DNA from: Chloroflexota bacterium
Lineage (GTDB): Bacteria; Chloroflexota; UBA11872; VXOZ01
Length of the DNA: 64,000 nucleotides
Direction: 5' to 3'
NCBI GenBank assembly: GCA_963662335.2
Contig: CAXXVD010000001.1
Coordinates: forward strand, 320,001 to 384,000
The position numbers and the translations under genes were made by a program. This document shows positions 30,214-40,867 of this stretch, in pieces (positions within the stretch are counted from its first letter, which is position 1; each line of letters begins with the position of its first letter). The notes under the pieces were generated by a model. That model was given only the letters and a program-made list of their open reading frames with translations. It ran no database searches and was not told the DNA's origin.

Positions 30214-31509
30214 CTACTCCGGCGCGTGGGGCAGGCTAAAGCGGAACGTCGCGCCGCTGCCTGCCTGTGATTCGACCCAGATGCGGCCGCCGTGCCGCTC
30301 CACGATCTTCTTGCACACCGCCAGGCCGATGCCCGTGCCGCCGTACTCCTCGCGTGTGTGCAGCCGTTGGAAGATCACGAAGATGCGCTCGGCGTACTCC
30401 GGCGCGATGCCGATGCCGTTGTCGCGCACGAAGAATATCCAATCACCGCTCTCTTCCGCCGCGCCAACGTGGATGCGCGGCGGCGCGTCGCCGCGATACT
30501 TGACGGCGTTGCCGATGAGGTTCTGCAACAGGCGCACAAGCTGCCGGGCATCCCCATTTACCCTCGGCAGGGGGTCATGGGTAACGCGCGCAGCGCTTTC
30601 AGCGATTGCGAGTTCGAGATTGGCTAGAGCCTCCTGCAGAACGTCGTCCATCTCAGCCGGCGCAAACTCCTCGCCGCGCGTCGTTACCCGCGAGTAGAGC
30701 AAAAGGTCGTTGACCAGCGCCTGCATGCGCAGCGCTCCGTCCACGATGTAGTGCAGATACGTGCCCGCCCGCTCATCCAACTGCTCCCCATAGCGCGACT
30801 CCAGCAAGTTGCAAAAGCTCGCGATCTTGCGCAGTGGCTCCTGGAGGTCGTGGGAAGCGACGTAGGCGAATTGCTGTAGCTCTTGGTTGGAGCGTTGCAG
30901 TTCCGTCACGGCGCTCTCCAGCGCTTGCTGAGCGGCTTCCAGCTTCTCGTATGCGAAGGCGTTGGCAATGGTGCCGGCGATCTGGGCGCCAATCCGCTCC
31001 GCCTGCGCGACGTGATTCTCGTCATAGGCGTAAGGCCGCAGCGAACGGATGTTCAAGGTGCCGACGAATGTGCCGCGCGCAATGAGGGGCACGGCAATCC
31101 GGGTTTGAAAGTCGCCGCCAAGCTCACGCGCCGGTTGGTGACCGGCCTCTTCCTCCTCAGCCGGCGTCCTGAACAAGATGCCGCGGCGATCACGCTCCAG
31201 AATATCGCTTATGCCGCCCGGCACTATGTCGTGCACGACGTTCCGTTCCCAGCCCGGAATGTCTCCGCCCACCGCGTAAACGGCCTGTACGGTATGCGCT
31301 TCCATATCGACAGACGAGATTGAGAGACGGTCGAACGGTATGAGCAACGAGACCTGGTAGGCAAACTGCTCGTAGATTTCGTCGATATTGAGGGTCGAAC
31401 TGATGATGCGGCCAATCTCCGCCAACACCGCGTACTCGGTGGCTTGCTGCCCGGCCTGCCCGCGCGGAGTCGTATCAGGAACCCGAACCTGTCCTGAAGC
31501 CTCACCCAT
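30214..31509 (-). CDS. GAF-domain sensor histidine kinase
   Basis: FAYVASHDLQEPLR H-box, NLIGNA.KY, DNGIGI, GTGIGLA. Confidence 0.9.
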   Translation of the reverse strand: MGEASGQVRVPDTTPRGQAGQQATEYAVLAEIGRIISSTLNIDEIYEQFAYQVSLLIPFDRLSISSVDMEAHTVQAVYAVGGDIPGWERNVVHDIVPGGISDILERDRRGILFRTPAEEEEAGHQPARELGGDFQTRIAVPLIARGTFVGTLNIRSLRPYAYDENHVAQAERIGAQIAGTIANAFAYEKLEAAQQALESAVTELQRSNQELQQFAYVASHDLQEPLRKIASFCNLLESRYGEQLDERAGTYLHYIVDGALRMQALVNDLLLYSRVTTRGEEFAPAEMDDVLQEALANLELAIAESAARVTHDPLPRVNGDARQLVRLLQNLIGNAVKYRGDAPPRIHVGAAEESGDWIFFVRDNGIGIAPEYAERIFVIFQRLHTREEYGGTGIGLAVCKKIVERHGGRIWVESQAGSGATFRFSLPHAPE

Positions 31510-31672
31510 CTGCTACTCCCAGGGGCCGGCTGACCCTGCGGCACGTGCCGAAACGGCGAAAAAGGCCCAATCGCAGCGCACTGGCACACGCGCGGTGCGA
31601 TTATGCTAGAGTGGTACGTACATCCTTGTGAGAAGTCTACCACACAAATCGATCAAGGGAGCCTACGCCGGT

Positions 31673-32074
31673 ATGGACACGAATATCTTCGAAATCCTCC
31701 TCGTGGAGGACGATAGCGGCGACGCCGAACTACTCTATGAATTGCTTGCGCAAGTGCCCAACATGCAGTTCGACGTGACGCACGTGACGCGGCTTGCCGA
31801 GGCCAGCGCGCAGACGAACGTGGAACCCTACGACGTCATCCTGCTCGACCTGGCGCTGCCGGACAGCCAGGGCATCGACACGATCCGCGCGATGGTGAGC
31901 GCCGCTCCCAATACCCCAATCGTGGTGCTCACGGGCCTCGATGACGAAGACACGGGCCTCGCGGCGCTCCGGAACGGCGCGCAGGACTACCTGGTGAAGG
32001 GCAAGGTAGATAGCGGCGCGGTAACGCGCGCCATGCGCTTTGCCATGCAACGGCAGCAGGAACCGCAGGCGTGA
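31673..32074 (+). CDS. Stand-alone receiver domain protein
   Basis: LLVEDD, ILLDLALPD, GAQDYLVK. Confidence 0.85.
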   Translation: MDTNIFEILLVEDDSGDAELLYELLAQVPNMQFDVTHVTRLAEASAQTNVEPYDVILLDLALPDSQGIDTIRAMVSAAPNTPIVVLTGLDDEDTGLAALRNGAQDYLVKGKVDSGAVTRAMRFAMQRQQEPQA

Positions 32075-32273
32075 CGCGGACGGCGCGGCGCACTAGCCAC
32101 CGCCGGGTCTGGCAGCGCTCGCCCGCCTTGTTGTCATTCCGAACGAAGCGCAGCGCAGTATCGAACGGCGTTCGCGGAATCTCAGGCGCCTTGCGGTACG
32201 GACTCTAGATTCCTCGCTGCGCTCGGAACGACAGCGAGCGTTGCGCTTGGAATGACAGTAAGGCCGCGCCCGT

Positions 32274-32900
32274 CTAGAGTTGCTTTTCTTCCATGATCTT
32301 GGAGACGATCCGCACCGCCGTGTCGCTGTCGGTGCGCGCCACGTTGATGACCACGTCATAGAGCGTCGCATCGTCCCAATTCGCGTTGAACATGCGGCGG
32401 ATGTAGCTTCGCCGCTGGTGGTCCGTGCGCTGCACGTCCCTTTCGGCGTCGCTGAGGTTCATGGCGTTCCGCCGGGCGTGCTGCCGGGCGCGGAAATCCA
32501 GCGGCGCGACGAGGCGCAGCTTGAGCACGCCGCGCAGGTCGCTGAGGATGATGCCCGCGCCGCGTCCGACGATGATCGCGTTGTCGCGCCGGGCAATCTC
32601 GCGCACCACCGAGCGCAGCGCCGTGCGCACGATTTCGGGCCGCACGCCGCCCTCTTCACGCGTCGCCGGCGCCTGGCCGCGCACGCGCCCGCCCGTGAGC
32701 CGCGCCAGCACGCTCTGGATTGCGCTGGGCTGCAAGCGTTCGTCCACCGCCCGCACCACACCGGTGTGCACTTCCAACTCAGCGGCCACTTGCTGGATGA
32801 GCCGGTCGTCGTACAGCGGGTAGCCAAGCACGTCCGTCAGCTTGTTCGTGAATTCGACTTCGCCGGCGCCAAGTTGCCGTGAGATGGTGATGATTGCCAC
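32274..32900 (-). CDS. Cytidylate kinase-like family protein
   Basis: IITISRQLGAG, IIVGRG, D..R..Y, YD.VIN. Confidence 0.85.
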   Translation of the reverse strand: MAIITISRQLGAGEVEFTNKLTDVLGYPLYDDRLIQQVAAELEVHTGVVRAVDERLQPSAIQSVLARLTGGRVRGQAPATREEGGVRPEIVRTALRSVVREIARRDNAIIVGRGAGIILSDLRGVLKLRLVAPLDFRARQHARRNAMNLSDAERDVQRTDHQRRSYIRRMFNANWDDATLYDVVINVARTDSDTAVRIVSKIMEEKQL

Positions 32901-32909
32901 TAGAGCCTC

Positions 32910-33710
32910 CTAGTCTACCGCGTAGCCGACCGCGGCGAACGTGTCTTCCAGGAACCGGCGCGCGCGCTTGGCCTGGTGGTTGATCTCGTCCAGGGATTCG
33001 CCGCTCAAACACTCTACCACGCATGGGCCGGCGAAACCCGCCGCTTTCAGCGCACTAAAGACCGCCGCGAAGTCCACCAGGCCGTCGCCGGGCGTCACCA
33101 TCACGTCGCCCTGCATGCCGCCCACCTCGTCCTTGATGCACATGGCGCTCACGATCGGCGCGATTTCGTGCACGTGCGCCAGCGGGTCTTCCCCGGCGTA
33201 GTAGAGCAGATTGCCGGCGTCGTAGCAGATCTTGAAGTTCTGGTGGTTCACCTTCTGCCACGAGTCGATGGTGTCCCGGGTGGTGTTACTCAGGCCGCCG
33301 TGGGGCTTGAGCATGACGGTGATGCCCTTGTGCAGGGCATACTCGGCGCTTTCGCGCATGATGCCGTAGTAGGTCTCGTAGTCCTCCTCTTTGGACGCGC
33401 CGCCGGTCAAGATGTGGCGGAAACTAAGTTGCTCGGCAATGTCGATCTGCCGGTTCAGGGCGGCCGCGCCCTCGGCGACGCTCGTCAAGGGATAGGTGGC
33501 CATCATGACCGCGAACTCCAGGCCGGCCTCCTTCACCGTCCGCCCGATCGCCGCCGCCTCTTCGTCAGTGGTGTTGGAATCGATGAGGCGCAGAGGGTTC
33601 ATACCCATGGGGCCAAAATAGTTGAAGCCGGCCGCCTTCATGCCGGCGGCGGCGGCTTCCACGCCGTGCTCGCGCCACGGGCGGGTGAAACATCCGAGTT
33701 TGATTTCCAT
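32910..33710 (-). CDS. Sugar phosphate isomerase/epimerase (TIM barrel)
   Basis: KPHGG, YDAGN, IKD, PGDG.VDF, VVE; ATG after ggag. Confidence 0.8.
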   Translation of the reverse strand: MEIKLGCFTRPWREHGVEAAAAGMKAAGFNYFGPMGMNPLRLIDSNTTDEEAAAIGRTVKEAGLEFAVMMATYPLTSVAEGAAALNRQIDIAEQLSFRHILTGGASKEEDYETYYGIMRESAEYALHKGITVMLKPHGGLSNTTRDTIDSWQKVNHQNFKICYDAGNLLYYAGEDPLAHVHEIAPIVSAMCIKDEVGGMQGDVMVTPGDGLVDFAAVFSALKAAGFAGPCVVECLSGESLDEINHQAKRARRFLEDTFAAVGYAVD

Positions 33711-33774
33711 ATCAGGTTCTCTCCTCCCTTGACAAACATTTCCTGGATCAGCGCCGCGTGAAAACCCGCGCCAC

Positions 33775-34944
33775 TTACACGTCCGCGGGCAGCGTGCCGG
33801 CCGGCCGGCCGGCGCTGGGCCGAAAGTCCGGCACGGACAGCAGCTTCGAATTCTGCGCGATCGACTCCGCAGCCAAAATCGCCGGCGCGGCCGTATCCAT
33901 GGCGCGGTAGACGTCGAAAGCCAGCGGCTGCGTGCCCAAGACGGCATCGCGAAACGCCGCGTGCACGTAGTAGTCGGCGTCGCCGTGCCCGCTGCCCCGG
34001 GCCTCAGCCGGCGCGTCCGTGCGCTGGAATTGCCAGTCCACCTCCGCCAAATCGTGCATCTGGCCGTTGGCCAGCCACATCTTGGGCCGATCGCGATTCG
34101 ACCGCCGCCACTCCACGGAGCCGGCCGTGCCCATGATCTGGTACCAGTGGTAGTCGCGGGGCGGCTGGGGCTGGGCAAAGCTGGCCGCCAACCGCATGAT
34201 GGCGTCCTTCTCCGTCTTCATCAAGCTCACCTGCATGTCGGCTTGGGGTATCTCCGGGTGTGAGTAACTGGGACTCTGGGTGCTCATGCCCGTAACGGAA
34301 ACCACCCGGTCGTCCAGCACGTAGAGCAGCGGGCTAAGCTCGTGGGGCAGATAGTGGATGCTCGGCATCAACGCGCTCCACGACGGCTCCGCCTCCGGGT
34401 GTTCCGCCAACTCCGTGGGGCCGTAGAACGTGCCGGTCGCTTTCTCCCAGAAGAAATGGGAGACGTAGTAGTGGAAGTACTGCCCTTCCACGAACGTCAC
34501 GCGCCCCAGTTGCCCCTGGGCAACCATGTCGCGCCAGGCCTGCATCACGCCCAGATAGCGGGTCTGTTCCGCCAGTTGGTAGACCTTGCCGGAAGTCTCG
34601 GCGGCGACCACGATGCGCCAGCAATCCTCGATGTAGTGCGCCGCCGGCACCTCCTGGTTGACGTGCTTGCCGGCCTCCAGCGCCTGCGCCGCCAGCAGGC
34701 CCTGGCGCGGGCTGCGCACGGTGAGGGCAACGGCCTCCACGGTGGCGTCGGCCAGAAAGTCGTCATAGCTTGCGTAGGCGGCAACGCCGTCGCTGTCCTC
34801 AATTGCCGCCAATGCGCGCTCGTGTATGGCGGTGATGGGATCGCAGACCGCGACGATGCGGTAGCCCGGGATACGCTGCAACAAGCGCATCCAGCTAAGC
34901 CCGCGGCCGCCCAACCCCGCCACGCCGATGCGAATCTCATCCAT
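33775..34944 (-). CDS. Gfo/Idh/MocA family oxidoreductase
   Basis: GLGGRG, AGKHV..EVP, EGQY.H, GHG.AD. Confidence 0.85.
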   Translation of the reverse strand: MDEIRIGVAGLGGRGLSWMRLLQRIPGYRIVAVCDPITAIHERALAAIEDSDGVAAYASYDDFLADATVEAVALTVRSPRQGLLAAQALEAGKHVNQEVPAAHYIEDCWRIVVAAETSGKVYQLAEQTRYLGVMQAWRDMVAQGQLGRVTFVEGQYFHYYVSHFFWEKATGTFYGPTELAEHPEAEPSWSALMPSIHYLPHELSPLLYVLDDRVVSVTGMSTQSPSYSHPEIPQADMQVSLMKTEKDAIMRLAASFAQPQPPRDYHWYQIMGTAGSVEWRRSNRDRPKMWLANGQMHDLAEVDWQFQRTDAPAEARGSGHGDADYYVHAAFRDAVLGTQPLAFDVYRAMDTAAPAILAAESIAQNSKLLSVPDFRPSAGRPAGTLPADV

Positions 34945-34947
34945 AGC

Positions 34948-35769
34948 CTACTCCGCTCCCGCGCCGACCGCCGCGCCCGCGCGCAAGGGCCGCGCCGCCG
35001 CCAGGAATTCAGCCGACGTTATCGTCCCCGCGATGTCCCGCAGTTCGTAATCGTGGATTGCCATCTTCGTGCACAGCAGATCGTCGATCGTCTCGCTCGT
35101 TTCGATGCCGGTGGTGCAGTCGCGCAGCAGGATGAGGCCGTAGCCGCGTTCGCGCATGGCCAACATGCCGTAGTCCCGGTGCGGCACGCAGAGATTGGTG
35201 GCGAAACCCACGTAGAAGAGGTAGAGGATCTCGCGGTGCGCGCAGAGCCGGTGGAGTTGCTGCCCGTTGGCGATGATGAAATCGTCCGGCTGGGGAAAGA
35301 CCGAGTCGTCGATATACCGGTCCTCGTTTATCTGCGCGATTTCTTCCGCCCACGTAGCGGTGCGGTCCGCGCGCAAACGCGCCCACTCTCCCCGGCGTTT
35401 GGCAAAGTCCGCCGGCGGCCAGGATGGCGCGGGTTCCGGCTGCGGCGCAAGTTCGCTGTCGCCGGCGTAGCGCAGCCATTGGGGAAACTTGTGCGCCACG
35501 TTGGGCGACGGCGCGTGAATCACGGTCACGCCAATCTCGCGGCAGGCGTCCAGCGCCGGCCGGATGCGCTCCCGGCAAATCTGCGCCGTCCGCTCCACGT
35601 GGCTTGCGGTGACGTGAATGTCCCAGCAATCAACCAGGACGATAGCGGCCTGCGCCGGCGGGACCTGAAACTCGGTATACCGGTAGCCAAAGTGCTCTTC
35701 ACGAAACGGCAAGTCCGGCGCGCTCGGTTCGTGGACGATGTGCCGCGTGGAAATTGCTAGTGCCGCCAT
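34948..35769 (-). CDS. Isochorismatase/cysteine hydrolase family protein
   Basis: AIVLVDCW, IHAPS, GFATNLCV, LRDCT. Confidence 0.8.
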   Translation of the reverse strand: MAALAISTRHIVHEPSAPDLPFREEHFGYRYTEFQVPPAQAAIVLVDCWDIHVTASHVERTAQICRERIRPALDACREIGVTVIHAPSPNVAHKFPQWLRYAGDSELAPQPEPAPSWPPADFAKRRGEWARLRADRTATWAEEIAQINEDRYIDDSVFPQPDDFIIANGQQLHRLCAHREILYLFYVGFATNLCVPHRDYGMLAMRERGYGLILLRDCTTGIETSETIDDLLCTKMAIHDYELRDIAGTITSAEFLAAARPLRAGAAVGAGAE

Positions 35770-35901
35770 TTCGCTCTCTCCTGGAATGCTGCGCCGCTGC
35801 CCGCCAACCGCCGGCGCGCACCGAGAAGCGCCCGCGCTTACCAAGACTATGGTGCAGCCGGCACCACGTTGTCAAGGAATGCCCCGCGTTCCGGCTCCGG
35901 T

Positions 35902-35934
35902 TCCCTCTCCTCGGGGAGAGGGTTAGGGTGAGGG
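35902..35934. repeat. REP family C (ccctctcc..gggagagggttagggtgaggg)
   Basis: Recurs at 15-48, near 41000, 41807-41839, 45753-45788. Confidence 0.85.
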
Positions 35935-36062
35935 GAAGTCCTCGGCCGCCGGGCAGGCTGCAAAACAATCCTAATGAAAGAGGAGCCGGCCTTTGAGCCA
36001 TCGTTGCCGCATTGAAATGGGATGGGGTTCCAACAGCGCCTCCAATCGGCCTGCCAATTTGA

Positions 36063-36090
36063 GTAGGGGCACGACGTGTCGTGCCCCTAC
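36063..36090. repeat. GTAG-type palindrome
   Basis: gtaggggcacgac-gt-gtcgtgcccctac. Confidence 0.7.
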
Positions 36091-36182
36091 GCCCTAATGC
36101 GTGAATCACAAGGGTTTCAGCAGTGCACAATCGCTTCCGTTCTTGACGCGGCGGTTCATGCAACAGCATTGGAGCTTGGCGT

Positions 36183-38768
36183 CTACTCCCGTGCCTGCTT
36201 CTTCAGTTCGTAGAGCGCGCTAATGGCTTCCAGGGGAGTCATGGCGTCCACGTCAAGGTCGCGCAGGGCCGCCAGGGCCGGGTGGGGGCCGCTGAAGAGC
36301 GGCATTTGCCCCGCGCCGTCCTGGCGCGGGGCCGGCGCCGGTTCACCCCGCAGTTGCCGTTCCTCGAGTTCGTGCAGCACCTGTTGCGCGCGCCGCAGCA
36401 CCGGGCGCGGCAGGCCGGCCAGTTTCGCCACGTTCACGCCGTACGACCGGTCCGCGCCGCCCGGCGCCACCTTGTGCAGGAAGACCACGTTCCCCCGCTC
36501 TTCCAGCACGTCCACGCGCCAGTTCTTCACGCGCGGCAGCGTGCCTTCCAGTTCGGCTAACTCGTGGAAGTGGGTGGCAAAGAGCGTCTTGGACCGCAAG
36601 CCCGCGTGGTTGTGCAGATATTCCAGCACGGCGCGGGCGATCGCCAGGCCGTCGTAGGTGCTGGTGCCGCGCCCCACCTCGTCGAAGACCACCAGCGAGC
36701 GCGGCGCGGCGTGGGTGAGGATGTAACTCGTCTCCGTCATCTCCACCATGAAGGTGCTGGCGCCGGCCGCGATTTCGTCCTGCGCGCCCACGCGCGTAAA
36801 GATGCGGTCCACGATGCCGATGCGCGCCGCCCGCGCCGCGACGAAACTGCCCACCTGCGCCATCAACACGGTGAGCGCTACCTGGCGCAGGTACGTGGAC
36901 TTGCCGGCCATGTTCGGCCCGGTGAGCACGACGATCTGCTGCTCGGCGTCCAGCCGCGCGTCGTTGGGAATGAACGGCGCGCCGTCCAGCGCCGCCTCCA
37001 CCACCGGATGGCGGCCCTCGCTGATCTCGATGCAGTCGCCCTCGTCCACTACCGGTCGCGCGTAGTTCCGGCGCACGGCCACCCGGGCAAACGCAGCCAG
37101 CACGTCCAGCGCGGCGAGGCCCTGCGCCAACTTGCGCAAGCGCCGTTCCTCAGCCGCCACGCTCTCCACGATGCCGTCGAAGATGCGCTGCTCCAACGCG
37201 CCCTGCTCTTCTTCCGCGTTGAGCAGGAGAGATTCGGCGTCCTGCAACTCAGTGGTGCTGTAGCGCTCGCCGGTGGTCAGGGTCTGCTTGCGCATGTAGC
37301 GTTCCGGCACGGCGGCGAGCGCGCCCTTGCTCACTTCCAGGTAGTAGCCGTAGACCTTGTTGTGGCCTACCCGCAGGTTCTTGATGCCGGTGGCGTGCCG
37401 CTCCTTGGCCTCCAGATTGGCAATGAAGGCCCGCGCCTCCGCCGCGCGCTGCGCCAGTTCGTCCAGTTCCGCGCTGTAGCCCGCCTGTATCGGCGATTGG
37501 CCCGGTTCCACCGCAATGGCAGACGCCAGCAACGCCGCCACGTCCGGGGCCGGGTCCAGGCGGGCGGCGTGCTCTTGGAGCGGCTGCGCCGTAGACGCCG
37601 CCGCGAGTTCCTGAATCTGCGCCGCCGCCCGCAGCGAGCGGCCCAAGCGCGCCAGGTCTTGGGGCGTGGCGAGCCGCTGCGCGGCGCGGTGGGCCAGACG
37701 CTCTACGTCGGCCAGTTTCCCCAGTTGCTCGCGCAGCCGCTCCAGCAGGACCTGATCCTGGGTCAGGGACTCGACCGTCTCCAAGCGCGCCTCGATGGCG
37801 GCTACGTCCACCAGGGGCTGCGTGAGCCATTGGCGGAGCAGGCGGCCGCCCATGGCGCTGCGCGTTTCGTCCAGGACGCCCAGCAGCGACCCCTCTTCTT
37901 GCCGGGTGCGGCTGTTGCGCACGATTTCCAGATTGCGCAGCGTGGCGGGATCCAGACCCATGAAGGAGTCGAGGGAGTACGTGCGCAGGCCGTCCAGGCT
38001 GCCGAGAAACGACTTCTGGGTCTCTTCCAGATACGCCAGCAGCCCACCGGCGGCGCGGGTCGCCAGCGGCAGGTCGGCCAGGCCAAACCCGTCCAGCGTG
38101 GCCACCGCCAGCGCCCGCAGCAGCGTGCTCGTCGCTTCCTGCACGTCGAAGTGCCACGCCGCATACGGGGTATGCGCCCCGGCGGGCGATTGCGGCGCCC
38201 CGGCGGGGGTTTGCGGCGTCGCGCCCTCGGGCACGACGCACTCCGCCGGTTGCAGCCGCCCGAGTTCGGCAGCGAGTTCAGCGTCGACGTCTTGCCGGAT
38301 CTCGGTGGCGGCGAACTCGCCGGTGCTCACGTCGGCGTACGCCAGCCCCACGCCCCGCTTGCCCCGCACGACCGCCGCCACGTAGGTGTGCTCCTTGTCC
38401 GCCAGCAGGTCCGGGTCAACGACCGTGCCCGGCGTGGCAACGCGCACCACCGCCCGTTCCACCAGGCCCCGCCCCGGCTCGGAGACCTGCTCGCAAATGG
38501 CGACGCGATGTCCCGCCGCGAGCAGTTGTCCCAGGTATCGCTCCTTGGCGTGGGCGGGCACGCCGCACATGGGCATCTTCTCGCGCTTGCCGAATTCGCG
38601 GGCCGTGAGGACGATCTGCAACGTTTCGGAAGCAATTTTTGCGTCATCCCCAAAGAGTTCGTAGAAGTCGCCGAGCCGGAAGAAGAGCAGCGCGTCCGGG
38701 TAGTTTTGCTTGATGCGGTAGTACTGTTCTTGAATCGGCGTCAGGCCGCGGGAAGAGGATTTTGGCAT
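36183..38768 (-). CDS. mutS: DNA mismatch repair protein MutS
   Basis: GDFYELF, TGPNMAGKSTYLRQ, STFMVEM, DEVGRGTST, FATHFHEL. Confidence 0.97.
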   Translation of the reverse strand: MPKSSSRGLTPIQEQYYRIKQNYPDALLFFRLGDFYELFGDDAKIASETLQIVLTAREFGKREKMPMCGVPAHAKERYLGQLLAAGHRVAICEQVSEPGRGLVERAVVRVATPGTVVDPDLLADKEHTYVAAVVRGKRGVGLAYADVSTGEFAATEIRQDVDAELAAELGRLQPAECVVPEGATPQTPAGAPQSPAGAHTPYAAWHFDVQEATSTLLRALAVATLDGFGLADLPLATRAAGGLLAYLEETQKSFLGSLDGLRTYSLDSFMGLDPATLRNLEIVRNSRTRQEEGSLLGVLDETRSAMGGRLLRQWLTQPLVDVAAIEARLETVESLTQDQVLLERLREQLGKLADVERLAHRAAQRLATPQDLARLGRSLRAAAQIQELAAASTAQPLQEHAARLDPAPDVAALLASAIAVEPGQSPIQAGYSAELDELAQRAAEARAFIANLEAKERHATGIKNLRVGHNKVYGYYLEVSKGALAAVPERYMRKQTLTTGERYSTTELQDAESLLLNAEEEQGALEQRIFDGIVESVAAEERRLRKLAQGLAALDVLAAFARVAVRRNYARPVVDEGDCIEISEGRHPVVEAALDGAPFIPNDARLDAEQQIVVLTGPNMAGKSTYLRQVALTVLMAQVGSFVAARAARIGIVDRIFTRVGAQDEIAAGASTFMVEMTETSYILTHAAPRSLVVFDEVGRGTSTYDGLAIARAVLEYLHNHAGLRSKTLFATHFHELAELEGTLPRVKNWRVDVLEERGNVVFLHKVAPGGADRSYGVNVAKLAGLPRPVLRRAQQVLHELEERQLRGEPAPAPRQDGAGQMPLFSGPHPALAALRDLDVDAMTPLEAISALYELKKQARE

Positions 38769-39103
38769 CGGGACGCTGCTCTCCGGCTTGGAACTCTCGC
38801 CAAGTCACGACCGTACGAGAGAAGACGGTTCAGACTCATTCTAAACCGTTGGGACGCAAAGGTGTGCAGACGCGGCGGCGCTCTCTCCGGTAGCGCAGGT
38901 TTGCGACCTGCGCAATGCGCGGTTTCTGCGTGAAGTCATGCCGATTTGAAGATCGTCCCGGGAGGGCATGGCGCGCGGCCCCTGTGAATGCGGGGGACAA
39001 GCCCCCGCGCTACTGCCTAAGCGTATGTGCGCGAAGCAACAAGAACCGTTCGCGCTGAGCTTGTCGTAGCACGAACGGTTCTTGTTCCCGCGTGGGGCGG
39101 CAG

Positions 39104-40156
39104 CTATTCTTCTTCGAGGATCTCCGGCCACCGCGCGATGAACGCTTGCAGCAAAGCGGTTAGATTGGTCAGCGCGTCGAGATGGGTCATCTCGTAGCCG
39201 TGGGTGTTCTGGGTGGGAAACGCCAGCGCGGCGATGCGCCCAATCGCCGCCACCTTGCGCGCGATCGAGGCATTGCTGCCGAAAGATTCCAGCGCGGCGT
39301 ACTGCACGTCCAGCTTCAATTCCTTTGCCAGCGCGGCGAAACGTCCGAGCAAGATCTCGTCGTAGACGTTGTAGGCGTCCTTGTAGATCAGCACCGGCGC
39401 GCCGCCGGGCCGCAAGCCGTATTCGGCCGCCACCGGCGCGACTTCCAGCGCAATGTACGTGTCGCCGGGCAACGTGCGCGCCGCGTACGGCCCGCCGCCG
39501 CCGGCGTTTTCTTCCGTACTGGAAAAGACCAGGTACACGTCCTGCGGCGGCGGACATTCGGCCAGGCGCTCGGCCAGGGTGAGCAGGATTGCCACCGCGC
39601 CCTTGTCGTCCAGGCCGTACGCGCACACGTAGTCGCCCAGGCGCGTCGGCCGCTTGCGCGCACGGGAGACGACGACCTTACTGCCGGGGTGCACGCCCTC
39701 CGCCAGCAGCCCGTACTTGCCGAGTTTCGCGTCCAGGTAGCAGTCCGACCACTTGAGCGACCTACCGCCCTCGGCGCGCACGGCGTGGATGGGGCTTTCC
39801 TCGGTCACGTGCATCGCGCCAAAGCAGAGCACGGCCGGCACCACGCCCGCGTCCCCCAGGATGTCCATGGGGCCTTCACCGTACTTCCACGGATACGTGC
39901 CGCCGAGCGTGGCAACGCGAATTTTGCCGTCGTCTTCGATGCGCTTGACGACCAGGCCCAGTTCGTCTTTGTGGGCATCGAGAATCAGCGGACAGTCGCT
40001 GGCCGCGCCCTTAATCTTGGCGATGATGTTGCCGGCCGGATCCTGCCACACGTTCCACGGCAGGGGGTCGAGCCGCGCGCGCAGCACGGCGTCGATCTCC
40101 CGCTCGTTGCCGACGGGAGAATGCGCCGTAGTCAATTCCGCTATGAGTTCGAACAT
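39104..40156 (-). CDS. M42 family metallopeptidase
   Basis: AH.DELG, LDDK, EE, NTHGYE. Confidence 0.85.
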   Translation of the reverse strand: MFELIAELTTAHSPVGNEREIDAVLRARLDPLPWNVWQDPAGNIIAKIKGAASDCPLILDAHKDELGLVVKRIEDDGKIRVATLGGTYPWKYGEGPMDILGDAGVVPAVLCFGAMHVTEESPIHAVRAEGGRSLKWSDCYLDAKLGKYGLLAEGVHPGSKVVVSRARKRPTRLGDYVCAYGLDDKGAVAILLTLAERLAECPPPQDVYLVFSSTEENAGGGGPYAARTLPGDTYIALEVAPVAAEYGLRPGGAPVLIYKDAYNVYDEILLGRFAALAKELKLDVQYAALESFGSNASIARKVAAIGRIAALAFPTQNTHGYEMTHLDALTNLTALLQAFIARWPEILEEE

Positions 40157-40243
40157 GAAGCGTCTCGTACTATCCATCCGTAGCGCGGGGGCTCGTCCCC
40201 CGCCTCTTGGCACGAATGGTAAACGCAATCTTGGGCGGGGCAC

Positions 40244-40867
40244 CTAGAAAAGCGGCAACTTCACCGTGATAAAGCGGCGGTGGATGCTGCCAAGCGCGTG
40301 CGCCGGGATGCGGTTTTCCGCGCGCTCGTTCGTCAGCGTACCGGCCACCTTCAAGCTCAAGAGCTTATGCGTGAACGGGTCCACGCGCATCTCGTCCCAG
40401 TTTCCCACCTTGGCGTAGACGTCCCGCACGAACGTGTTGCCGTCGAGTTCGGCGTCGGGCACGAAGCTATCGGGCAGAGCGGCGGCGACCACGTCCAGGC
40501 CGCCGTCCGCGCCGGCGCCGAGCACCAGCGGCACGCCCGCAATCGAGTCCACGTCGGGAAACGCCGCCAGCGCCTGGCTCACGGCCGGCCGGCTGAGGCC
40601 CAGCGTGATCTCCCGACCGGAAACGCCCCGCACCAGCGTTAGCGGCGCTTGTACGCGCACGATGCCCTCCGCCGCCGTGGACGGCGTGGTTGCCCGTCCC
40701 TCCCGCACGGCGCCCACCTCGATCGGGGCCGCAACGACCAAGGCCGGCTCCAGGAACAAGACGATTGCCTTAACGGTATGCGAGAGCGGATCGACGACGA
40801 TGCCGCCCAACGTGCCCAACGCCTCCCCGTCTTCAGCCGCAATCGGCGCGCCCAACGCTAAGTCCAT
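40244..40867 (-). CDS. PRC-barrel-like protein
   Basis: GA.I.A.DG..LG.L..IVVDP pattern occurring twice. Confidence 0.6.
   Translation of the reverse strand: MDLALGAPIAAEDGEALGTLGGIVVDPLSHTVKAIVLFLEPALVVAAPIEVGAVREGRATTPSTAAEGIVRVQAPLTLVRGVSGREITLGLSRPAVSQALAAFPDVDSIAGVPLVLGAGADGGLDVVAAALPDSFVPDAELDGNTFVRDVYAKVGNWDEMRVDPFTHKLLSLKVAGTLTNERAENRIPAHALGSIHRRFITVKLPLF

Noticed and set aside
36564-38933. 789-aa plus-strand ORF and similar long ORFs (18366-20015, 59064-60761, 41757-43289, 55014-56054)
   Set aside because: Antisense shadows of real genes in high-GC DNA, with no recognisable motifs
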